The notes under the pieces are model-generated. The model searched no databases and had not been told where the DNA came from. It saw only the letters and a list, made by a program, of their open reading frames with translations. A stretch of 64,000 nucleotides of DNA, from IMG/VR virus record IMGVR_UViG_3300044627_003892. One strand, written 5' to 3'. Shown one piece after another: positions 8,974 through 17,185 of this stretch; within the stretch, counting starts at the first letter, position 1; the number at the start of each line of letters is the position of its first letter. A program made the position numbers and the translations under genes. Source of the stretch: a virus (Duplodnaviria; Caudoviricetes).

Positions 8974-9489
8974 TTATAATCCTCTAAATTCGTTTTCCAT
9001 AACAGGAGATGCGTTTATTGTTCTATAAAATGGTTTGTACCCTGCGTATGTATGCTTATTATCTGAAACAACACGACCATCATTATTAACTACATAATAT
9101 CTCACTTGAGTTTCAGTTTCATAATATCCAATATAATCGCCAAGTTCTATGTCAATTTCTAATTCATCTAAATGTTTTTGATAAACTGAAATTCTTGCAT
9201 TACCCGGTTCCATTTGATTAATCTTACTTGAACCAAGAAATTTATTTTCAGGGGCAACAATTTGTAGATAAGCTTTAAACTCAATAGGTGGTAAAAATTT
9301 AATACCATCAACGGAAGCCTCACCATACACATCATCAACATTTGTCTTCTGTTTGTCAACACGATATAGTACAAGAGTGAAGTTCATATCCCCTTCTAAC
9401 CACTCTCTACCCATACTAATATCTAAGCTATAATCTTCCGCTCCGAAAAATTTACCTAATCTTGTTATTGGAACTATTCTATTTGACAT
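8974..9489 (-). CDS. Head closure / neck protein (T4 gp14-like); start corrected to ATG 9489
   Basis: MSNRIVPITRLGKFF, NVDDVYGE, DIELGDYIGY. The tracked extension to 9567 overlaps the helicase and the TATTTAT motif. Confidence 0.65.
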   Translation of the reverse strand: MSNRIVPITRLGKFFGAEDYSLDISMGREWLEGDMNFTLVLYRVDKQKTNVDDVYGEASVDGIKFLPPIEFKAYLQIVAPENKFLGSSKINQMEPGNARISVYQKHLDELEIDIELGDYIGYYETETQVRYYVVNNDGRVVSDNKHTYAGYKPFYRTINASPVMENEFRGL

Positions 9490-9546
9490 ATTGATAAATA
9501 TTTCTTTTTTGATTATTATTATAGTTGTATAGTTAATTAAAATAAT

Positions 9547-11307
9547 TTGACAACTTCTACAGGACATTTAAGTATTGAACAACAAGCAATATCCATTCTT
9601 GAAAATTATCAGGGGTCAAATAACTATATCCTTAAGTTAAAGAAACAAATTGAGTCAAATAAAAAGTATCTCCCAACGAGAGCTCAATGTGATTATGTGA
9701 TTGACTTCAATTCAGTAGTTCCAAAAGTTGCTAAAAAATGGGTTGAGATTGACTCATACTTTTCTCAAAAACTTGTTGCCGACAATCCTTTTATTAAAGA
9801 ACCTGATAAAATCTATGTTGAAAAGATTTTAATTGAGAAAGATAAATCATATCACATTTGGGGTAAGATTTTTAGTGGTGAGACTATTCACGATTTTTGG
9901 ATACCTAAAGCTGCAGTTATTAAACAACACACCGAAAACTTGGTTGATGTTGATTACACAAAATATGAAAACCGACCACCACTTGCCCACCAAAAAGAAG
10001 CCATAGAAAAATTATTAAAAAACGATAAGTTCATTTTAGCCGATGACATGGGACTTGGTAAAACAACAAGTACCGTTATCGCTTCGTTAGAAAGTGGAGC
10101 TAATAAAGTATTAATTATTTGTCCAGCATCACTTAAGATAAATTGGGAAAGGGAAATTAGAAACTATACTGATAAAACAATTTACATATGTGAAGGTAAA
10201 AAGTATGAACAGGCTGATTATGTAATTCTTAATTACGACATACTTAAAAACTTCCACGACCCAAAAGATAAATTAAACTCAATAATCCTTAATTCAAAAT
10301 TTGATTTGGTTGTTATTGATGAAGCGCATTATGTTTCAAACGCTCAAGCTCAGAGAACAAAGATTATAATGGATGTAACCAAAGACATTAAAAAACTTTG
10401 GTTATTGACGGGAACACCAATGACTTCTCGTCCTATGAATTATTATAATATTTTGAAACTTATTGATAGCCCTGTAAGTCAAAACTGGCAAGCATACGCA
10501 ATTAGATATTGTGGTGGTTATCAGTTTAGAGTTGGTGGTAAAAAGATTTGGAATGTAACAGGAGCATCTAATTTAGAAGAATTAAGAGAACGAACTTCTC
10601 GTCAAATTTTAAGAAGATTAAAAACTGAAGTTTTGGATTTACCTGAAAAAATTATGACACCTGTTTACCTCCGTTTAAAATCAAGATTATACGAAGGGTT
10701 GATGGGTGAGTATTATGATTGGTATAACAACAGACAAGACGAATCAAAATCGTTATCGGTTCAGTTCACAAAACTTATGAAAGTAAGACAAGTTATTGCC
10801 GAAGAAAAAATACCAATTACAATTGAACTTGCCGAAAACATTATTGAGCAAGGCAAAAAAGTTATTATCTTCAGTAACTTCACAGAACCTTTAAAAAAGA
10901 TACACGAACATTTTGGTAAGAAATCTGTTTATTTAGATGGTTCAACATCTAAACCTGCAAGACAAGATGCGGTTGATAAGTTCCAAGAGAGTGATAAAAT
11001 ACAAGTTTTTTGTGGTAACATGAAAGCTGCAGGTGTCGGATTAACTCTTACGGCAGGTGAAGCCGTTATTATGAATGACTTATCATTTGTTCCCGCAGAA
11101 CATAGTCAGGCGGAAGACAGAGCTTACAGATACGGACAAAAAAATTCAGTTTCAATATATTACCCACTATTTGAAAATACGATTGAAGGTGTTATCTACG
11201 ACATTCTTATAAAGAAGAAACAAATTATTGGTACGGTTATGGGTGATATAGATGAAAATTCTGTAGATATTGTTGAACAAATACTTAACGAAATCAATAG
11301 TAAGTAA
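9547..11307 (+). CDS. SNF2-family (SF2) helicase/ATPase
   Basis: Walker A LADDMGLGKT, DEAH box, LTGTP, and motif VI QAEDRAYRYGQ. Confidence 0.92.
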   Translation: MTTSTGHLSIEQQAISILENYQGSNNYILKLKKQIESNKKYLPTRAQCDYVIDFNSVVPKVAKKWVEIDSYFSQKLVADNPFIKEPDKIYVEKILIEKDKSYHIWGKIFSGETIHDFWIPKAAVIKQHTENLVDVDYTKYENRPPLAHQKEAIEKLLKNDKFILADDMGLGKTTSTVIASLESGANKVLIICPASLKINWEREIRNYTDKTIYICEGKKYEQADYVILNYDILKNFHDPKDKLNSIILNSKFDLVVIDEAHYVSNAQAQRTKIIMDVTKDIKKLWLLTGTPMTSRPMNYYNILKLIDSPVSQNWQAYAIRYCGGYQFRVGGKKIWNVTGASNLEELRERTSRQILRRLKTEVLDLPEKIMTPVYLRLKSRLYEGLMGEYYDWYNNRQDESKSLSVQFTKLMKVRQVIAEEKIPITIELAENIIEQGKKVIIFSNFTEPLKKIHEHFGKKSVYLDGSTSKPARQDAVDKFQESDKIQVFCGNMKAAGVGLTLTAGEAVIMNDLSFVPAEHSQAEDRAYRYGQKNSVSIYYPLFENTIEGVIYDILIKKKQIIGTVMGDIDENSVDIVEQILNEINSK

Positions 11308-11308
11308 G

Positions 11309-11316
11309 TATTTATA
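11309..11316 (+). promoter_or_regulatory. TATTTATA motif upstream of SOD
   Basis: 4 nt before the ATG. Confidence 0.55.
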
Positions 11317-11320
11317 ATTA

Positions 11321-12826
11321 ATGAAATCGTTAAATTTAGTATCAGAGTCATTAGTTAGTCGTATATTAGGTGAGGAAACTCAACCTGAAACCAAATTTTT
11401 TATTAACGAAATGAAAACCATAGGTATTGATAAATTACCTTATGGTTACGCATCATTAAGAAGATTTATTGACCCTGAAACAATGAAGTTCCATTATCAG
11501 AAACATTACAAGGGGTATGTAAAAAAATTAAATTCAGCTCTTCGTAAAAAAGATTATGGTGATGTTGAATTGGAGAATATTGTTAAACAAATTTCAAAGT
11601 ATAATACAACAATAAGAAATAACGCAGGTGGAGCATTTAATCATGCATTGTTTTGGAAAATGTTATCACCCACACCACAAAAACCAAGTGGTGAAGTATT
11701 TGAAAAGATTGTTAAACAATATGGGACGTATCGTAACTTCAAAACTAAATTTGAAGAAATCTCAAGAAAAAGATTTGGTTCAGGATGGTGTTGGTTAGTG
11801 TTAACTGATACAGGTAGATTAAAAGTTATGTCCACCTCAAATCAGGACAACCCACTTATGAATATAATAAACAAGGGTGGTTTTCCGTTGTTAGGTTTGG
11901 ATTTATGGGAACACGCTTATTATTTAAAATACCAAAACAAAAGAGACGAATATATTGAAAATTTTTGGGAAGTAATCAACTGGGAATTTGTTAATGAGTT
12001 ATACAAATCAAAAACTGAAAAAAAATTGAACGAGTCAACTTCACAAAAAAAACTTTTATACGAAAACGTATCTGACTACTCAGATATTTTTAGTAACAAC
12101 AAAAATGTTCTTTGGACTTATAGAAGATGTATTGATAATACGTTGAAAAGAGTTTTATCTGATAAATGGCATGAAAACAATCAACACTCTGAAGGTTCAT
12201 CTTCAGGTATTTACGACTTAGAACAACCAGGTCGTTCAGTAATTAATAAATTAAATACAAACTATATTGGATTTAAAATTTTAGTTGATGATTTGAATGT
12301 TGTTCTTACAAAAATAAATAAACCTACATTAAATTTTATTGGTGTGACACCTTCACAACAAGTAGAAGAGATAAATAAATTTTGTTCTTATATGGAGTTT
12401 TTTGGTGAAAGAATTTTTAAAGGGTCTAAAACTCTTGATAAAATTATGAAACTTTTAAAAAGAACCCATGATAAAGGTGGTCAACTTGAGGAGTATGTTG
12501 CAAAAAAAATCAATCAAGAATTTGGTGAGGGTACAGCAGTTGTAGTTGGTAGTTTAGGTTCAAAAGAGGATTTTGCGGGAACTGATTTAACTGTTAATTT
12601 TGACAACAAAATACAAAATGCTCAAGTAAAACCAATTTTAAGTATGGAAGTAATTGATGGTTTTTATAATATAAAAATCAGAGGGTTTGTTAAAAAATTT
12701 AATACCGACTTGTTAATTTTTTCAAATATTAACAAAGAAGTTTATATTTTTAAAAACAAAACTGTTGCCTTTAGTTCAAGTATGTTTAAAATTCCAACAC
12801 AAGATTTAATTTATACTGTGAATTGA
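11321..12826 (+). CDS. sodA: Mn/Fe superoxide dismutase (Mn-type signature) fused to an uncharacterised C-terminal domain
   Basis: Metal ligands in HYQKHY, NNAGGAFNH and DLWEHAYY. GG and NQD are Mn-type residues. About 270 extra C-terminal aa. Confidence 0.88.
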   Translation: MKSLNLVSESLVSRILGEETQPETKFFINEMKTIGIDKLPYGYASLRRFIDPETMKFHYQKHYKGYVKKLNSALRKKDYGDVELENIVKQISKYNTTIRNNAGGAFNHALFWKMLSPTPQKPSGEVFEKIVKQYGTYRNFKTKFEEISRKRFGSGWCWLVLTDTGRLKVMSTSNQDNPLMNIINKGGFPLLGLDLWEHAYYLKYQNKRDEYIENFWEVINWEFVNELYKSKTEKKLNESTSQKKLLYENVSDYSDIFSNNKNVLWTYRRCIDNTLKRVLSDKWHENNQHSEGSSSGIYDLEQPGRSVINKLNTNYIGFKILVDDLNVVLTKINKPTLNFIGVTPSQQVEEINKFCSYMEFFGERIFKGSKTLDKIMKLLKRTHDKGGQLEEYVAKKINQEFGEGTAVVVGSLGSKEDFAGTDLTVNFDNKIQNAQVKPILSMEVIDGFYNIKIRGFVKKFNTDLLIFSNINKEVYIFKNKTVAFSSSMFKIPTQDLIYTVN

Positions 12827-12834
12827 TATTTATA
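12827..12834 (+). promoter_or_regulatory. TATTTATA motif upstream of the neck gene
   Basis: 15 nt before the ATG. Confidence 0.6.
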
Positions 12835-12849
12835 TAGAAATATCACTTC

Positions 12850-13980
12850 ATGAATACAATAATCGCAGAACCATACAGAAGTCAACTATATACAAAAGTT
12901 AGACACGTATTAGGAGCTCCAATTCGTTCAATTGAATTAGAAGATGAACAAATGGACTCAATCTTAGAATTTTCTATCGGGGACTATTCCCAATATGTTC
13001 AAGATTGGTTAATTGAATCACAATGGACTTCATTATACAATTTAAATTTAGACACACAATCTTTATCAAGAGCATTCGTAACTAAGAGTTTAGATTACGA
13101 AAACAGATACGCACAAGCATACTCTAAAATAGTTGGTTTACAATCATCCCCACTTGGTGATTGGGAACTTAAAAAAGATTTTATTACATTAGTCCCAAAC
13201 CAACAGATTTATGAAATTCCTGCAGGTCGTGAAATTAATGAATTACTATGGTTCACACCAGCAACTCTAAACAACGTATTATTTGACCCATGGAGTTTTG
13301 GAGCATTAGGTGGTACAGGTATAGGTGGACCTGGCGGTTTTGCTCAAATGGGAGGTTCAGGTTCTTACTTTATGATGCCGGCATTTGACATGTTATTAAG
13401 AATGCAAGAAATTAATATCCAAAGAAGAATTATTGGAGGTGATTTAACTTATAGAATTACAGGGTTACCTAATGGTAAAAAAGCAATTCATTTAATGCAA
13501 ACACCGGGTGGTAAATTTGATTTTGGTAATGCGTCATTAAACCATCATCAAGTTTGGTATTGGTATTATGATGTTGGTCCTGAGGATAGAGACGCTTGTT
13601 TAGCTGCAAACCCTGATATTATCAAACTTCCTTCAGATGTACCAATTAACGCAATTGCTTGGGCTGATTTAAATGAACCGGCACAACAGTGGGTTAGAAG
13701 ATATTTTGTTGCAGGATGTAAAGAAACATTATCAAAAGTTAGAGGAAAATATTCGGGTAACTTAAAGACACCTGACTCTGAGTTAACTATGGATTACGCC
13801 ACTTTAGCAACTGAAGGTAAAGATGAAAAAACAAAATTGATTGAGGAATTAATTGGTGCCGATGGTAGATTAACAAGATTAAGACCTGAAAAAATAATGG
13901 AACGAGAAGCGTTAATTGCTGAAAATCTTAACAAACAAATGAAGTTTAGAGCGTTCCCAAGAAATCTATATGTTATTTAA
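12850..13980 (+). CDS. Neck / head-tail adaptor protein (T4 gp13-like)
   Basis: KVRHVLGAPIRSIELEDEQMD at the N-terminus and KETLSKVRGKY near the C-terminus match T4-like neck proteins. Confidence 0.75.
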   Translation: MNTIIAEPYRSQLYTKVRHVLGAPIRSIELEDEQMDSILEFSIGDYSQYVQDWLIESQWTSLYNLNLDTQSLSRAFVTKSLDYENRYAQAYSKIVGLQSSPLGDWELKKDFITLVPNQQIYEIPAGREINELLWFTPATLNNVLFDPWSFGALGGTGIGGPGGFAQMGGSGSYFMMPAFDMLLRMQEINIQRRIIGGDLTYRITGLPNGKKAIHLMQTPGGKFDFGNASLNHHQVWYWYYDVGPEDRDACLAANPDIIKLPSDVPINAIAWADLNEPAQQWVRRYFVAGCKETLSKVRGKYSGNLKTPDSELTMDYATLATEGKDEKTKLIEELIGADGRLTRLRPEKIMEREALIAENLNKQMKFRAFPRNLYVI

Positions 13981-13983
13981 ATT

Positions 13984-14319
13984 ATGAGTATACAAAAATC
14001 AATTCCGATGAAACGTGTTATCGGGGAAGAAGTTTTATTAACATCACAAGTTTGTATGATATCTGATGAGATATACACAACTGAAGGTGAATCAGTGATT
14101 ATTACAAAAGAGTTAGGATTAATCGAAGTTATTTTAAATCACAAAAATACTGACCACGTAATAGTAAAAGCTCTTACAAATACAAAAATCAAACCCATTG
14201 AGGGTTTGATTGATGAAGAGTATAGTGAAATTAATATTGAAAAAGGTGCTTGTGTTGAACTATATTACGCATTTGGTTCGTGGTTTATAGTTTCGTCAGA
14301 CGGGTTGAAACAGTCTTAG
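13984..14319 (+). CDS. Hypothetical protein
   Basis: 111-aa ORF tightly coupled to the neck gene. Confidence 0.6.
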   Translation: MSIQKSIPMKRVIGEEVLLTSQVCMISDEIYTTEGESVIITKELGLIEVILNHKNTDHVIVKALTNTKIKPIEGLIDEEYSEINIEKGACVELYYAFGSWFIVSSDGLKQS

Positions 14320-17096
14320 ACCATTTCTTCCCATCCTTCTTCTGCTAATTCATAAATATATTCAGGGTCAATCCCTCGTTTACCCCAATACACCATTTCT
14401 TGGTCTGTAATAGTTAACAAATCTTCAATACTATCTTGGTCACCAGATTCAAAAGGAATACCATTTGTTAATCTACATTGCTCTTTAGTAAATAAACCTC
14501 TGTCTTTAGGGTCAGTGACAATTAGATTATTTCTAACTTCTTCATTAAACACAATTAACAAAGGTTCAATTCTTTTGTTAAAGGTAACAATTGCTCTCGC
14601 AACATTATATTCACCTGTCATAGTAGGGTTATTCTCTAAATCTGACGGGTCAATACGATAACAATTAAGTTGGACGTGTGAACCTAACACAGGTTCTTTA
14701 CCATGAAATAAACTATACTGTTCTTTTTCTTTTTTACTCATTTTTTCATTTACCTTCTGAACATCCCCGTGTGAAGCTTTAATTCCATTGTTTACATAGA
14801 ATATTACATCACCCAAACTAACCGCGATACCATCTCTAATTGCCAATTCCATATGGGCCATCATTGACATCATATTACCCGCCTTTGTTTTTTGGCTTGA
14901 ACGTTTCTTATAATCGTCAATAGATAGTTTCACTTTTGCTCTTTGAGCAATCTTCATTAACGGAATTTGTTGGTTAAAGATTACTTCCAAATATTCATAA
15001 TACCACTCAACAAATGCCTGTCCATTACCTTCTAACAACATCTTAATACCCTTATCCAAAAAGTCCTCAATGTAAAGTGGTAGTTTCTTACTCTTGATTG
15101 AGTTACCTGTAAGTTTAATCTTACCATTATGTTCCATTGTTGCGTAGTTCTTACGAGCAATATTCATACAAGATTTCCAAGTTCCATCACAATCAAGACC
15201 CATTGCCCCTTTCATAAACGTATCATTAAACTCTGCAACATCTGCGTCGTAACCTGTATATTCTTTACCTTCTTTAACTAACCAATTCTTACCCTTACCG
15301 ATGTATCTTCTATCGTCCACACCACCTTCAGGTAATGAGAAGTTCATACCATCCGTATCACATACAAGTGGAGTATAACCTCGTTTCATAAAGAAACGTA
15401 ACATCTGACGAAGGTATTGTCGTCCTGTGCAGGTAATTTGTTCACCCATATACATATCACCCCAGTGATATACCTGTGGGGCAGATAAAGCTCCAAACAT
15501 GCTGTTAATGAATATCTTAATCGGTAATTGTTTTCTATCGTAAGATGTTGCTTGTTTTTTGTCAATATCCTGATACTCCTTTGCCAAGTTTTTATACTTG
15601 ATACGAGTATTACGGAAGTAATTTAACATGCCCTTCATTGCACCTGTAATATCACAAGTTGGAAATACATCATGAACAAGTTGTATTGAAGGGTAAAGTG
15701 ACGAGAAGTCAAGTTTCAATACATCTGTTGAATATCCTACTTTAAGTAGTCGTGATAATCCACCAACAAACTCTGTCTTTTCATTCTTTTTAGGAATCGC
15801 TAACATGTTTTTATATGACCAAGCTCTCATTTGGATTTCCCATAATGTTGCAGTTCCCATAGTAGAAACCCTTTCATATGTTGTTGGAACCAAAGATGCG
15901 AGTAGGAATGACCCCTGATTGAATTCTTCATCAACCGTTAGAGTTTCTTCCAAGTCATCATCAAGATATCGTTCAACCAAATCATCACCTGTTGTTTTAA
16001 TGTAGATACTTGAGTGTTTAGAACAAGCGTCATCAATCTTTGGGTCAACACCCACTTTCTTATATTTTCCGTTTTGAATGTTTAACCAAAACTCTTCTTT
16101 CTTTGCGTAAAACGGACCAATGTCTGTATGGTCAATGTAAACACGGTCAGGTGCTTCCGCCTTAATGTATTGAGTAATATACTTCAAACCTGCAGATTTG
16201 ATGGATGAATTGATTGCCTGAGCTCTTCTAACTGCGTGTAATGTATCAACAACGTTATAACCCCACATGGATGTTTGGTTAAATCTCTCAACCTCATTTG
16301 CCAACTTCAACATACTTTCAGATTGTTTAATTGGATTGATTGGATTTAATGTCTTCGCAATTTTCTTAATATCTAACTTTAACGCTTTGGCTCTTTCAAA
16401 TATCCAAAACCAGTCAAAGTTAAACCCGTTGTAAGATGCGATGATACTTGGTTTAAGTTCATCTATAGTATTGAAAAATTTAATAATACCTTCTCTTTCT
16501 TGGTCTTCGTCTGAACATTCAATTACTTGACTAAAACCTTTATTGGTTTTCATTCCTATCATAAAGATACGACCATCCTTTGGTTCAAGTGAGGTCGTCT
16601 CTAAGTCAAATACAAATCTTGTGATACTATTGTAATCATCAAATCCTTTGAACAATCGTTTTTCTTTTGTAACCAAAAATTGTTCTACAGGAGGCAATAT
16701 TAAAACTAATCCTTTTGTTGTTTCACCCCATGGGTCAACACCACCATCTCTGAAAAACTGAATAAGTGAACGATAACCGTTCAATGATTTAACCATAAAA
16801 GTTAAACCTTTCTCTAATCTTTCGTTACCATCAGTTCTTAATTTTTCAATGACAATTTTATGTTTTGTCATCGCCTCTTTTTGTAATGCTTTTGAGGATT
16901 TATAAAAGTTTAATCCACGCAAATCACCTACCCAAGCAAATGGGATGAAAGTATCTTTTTTAATTTGTTTTCCGTGAATTGGGTGTTCTAAAATTTTCCA
17001 AACACAATCTTTGACGTAATCGTATTCTACACTGACGATATATTTTTCGTCATCATTTCCCTGAAGGAAATTTTCAATTTCTTCGTTTGATATCAT
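14316..17096 (-). CDS. polB: Family B DNA polymerase with 3'-5' exonuclease
   Basis: Exonuclease motifs FDLETT and YNGFNFDW. Polymerase motifs LDFSSLYPSI, KIFINSMFG and CDTDG. No intein seen. Confidence 0.95.
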   Translation of the reverse strand: MISNEEIENFLQGNDDEKYIVSVEYDYVKDCVWKILEHPIHGKQIKKDTFIPFAWVGDLRGLNFYKSSKALQKEAMTKHKIVIEKLRTDGNERLEKGLTFMVKSLNGYRSLIQFFRDGGVDPWGETTKGLVLILPPVEQFLVTKEKRLFKGFDDYNSITRFVFDLETTSLEPKDGRIFMIGMKTNKGFSQVIECSDEDQEREGIIKFFNTIDELKPSIIASYNGFNFDWFWIFERAKALKLDIKKIAKTLNPINPIKQSESMLKLANEVERFNQTSMWGYNVVDTLHAVRRAQAINSSIKSAGLKYITQYIKAEAPDRVYIDHTDIGPFYAKKEEFWLNIQNGKYKKVGVDPKIDDACSKHSSIYIKTTGDDLVERYLDDDLEETLTVDEEFNQGSFLLASLVPTTYERVSTMGTATLWEIQMRAWSYKNMLAIPKKNEKTEFVGGLSRLLKVGYSTDVLKLDFSSLYPSIQLVHDVFPTCDITGAMKGMLNYFRNTRIKYKNLAKEYQDIDKKQATSYDRKQLPIKIFINSMFGALSAPQVYHWGDMYMGEQITCTGRQYLRQMLRFFMKRGYTPLVCDTDGMNFSLPEGGVDDRRYIGKGKNWLVKEGKEYTGYDADVAEFNDTFMKGAMGLDCDGTWKSCMNIARKNYATMEHNGKIKLTGNSIKSKKLPLYIEDFLDKGIKMLLEGNGQAFVEWYYEYLEVIFNQQIPLMKIAQRAKVKLSIDDYKKRSSQKTKAGNMMSMMAHMELAIRDGIAVSLGDVIFYVNNGIKASHGDVQKVNEKMSKKEKEQYSLFHGKEPVLGSHVQLNCYRIDPSDLENNPTMTGEYNVARAIVTFNKRIEPLLIVFNEEVRNNLIVTDPKDRGLFTKEQCRLTNGIPFESGDQDSIEDLLTITDQEMVYWGKRGIDPEYIYELAEEGWEEMV

Positions 17097-17119
17097 AAAA
17101 TTTAAAATGGTGTATTTGC

Positions 17120-17156
17120 TTCCGAAATTAAGGTCGGAATTTACCTTGTGTGGTAA
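17120..17156 (-). promoter_or_regulatory. Tandem hairpins in the DNA polymerase leader (possible translational operator)
   Basis: Stems TTCCGA/TCGGAA (17120-17139) and TTACC/GGTAA (17141-17156), downstream of a TTGACA-N17-TAAACT promoter candidate. Confidence 0.4.
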
Positions 17157-17185
17157 GTTTAACCAATTAAACTATTAATGTCAAA

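Noticed and set aside
9490-9567. N-terminal extension of the gp14-like ORF to 9567
   Set aside because: Overlaps the divergent helicase start and includes the TATTTAT motif; ATG 9489 is the more plausible start.
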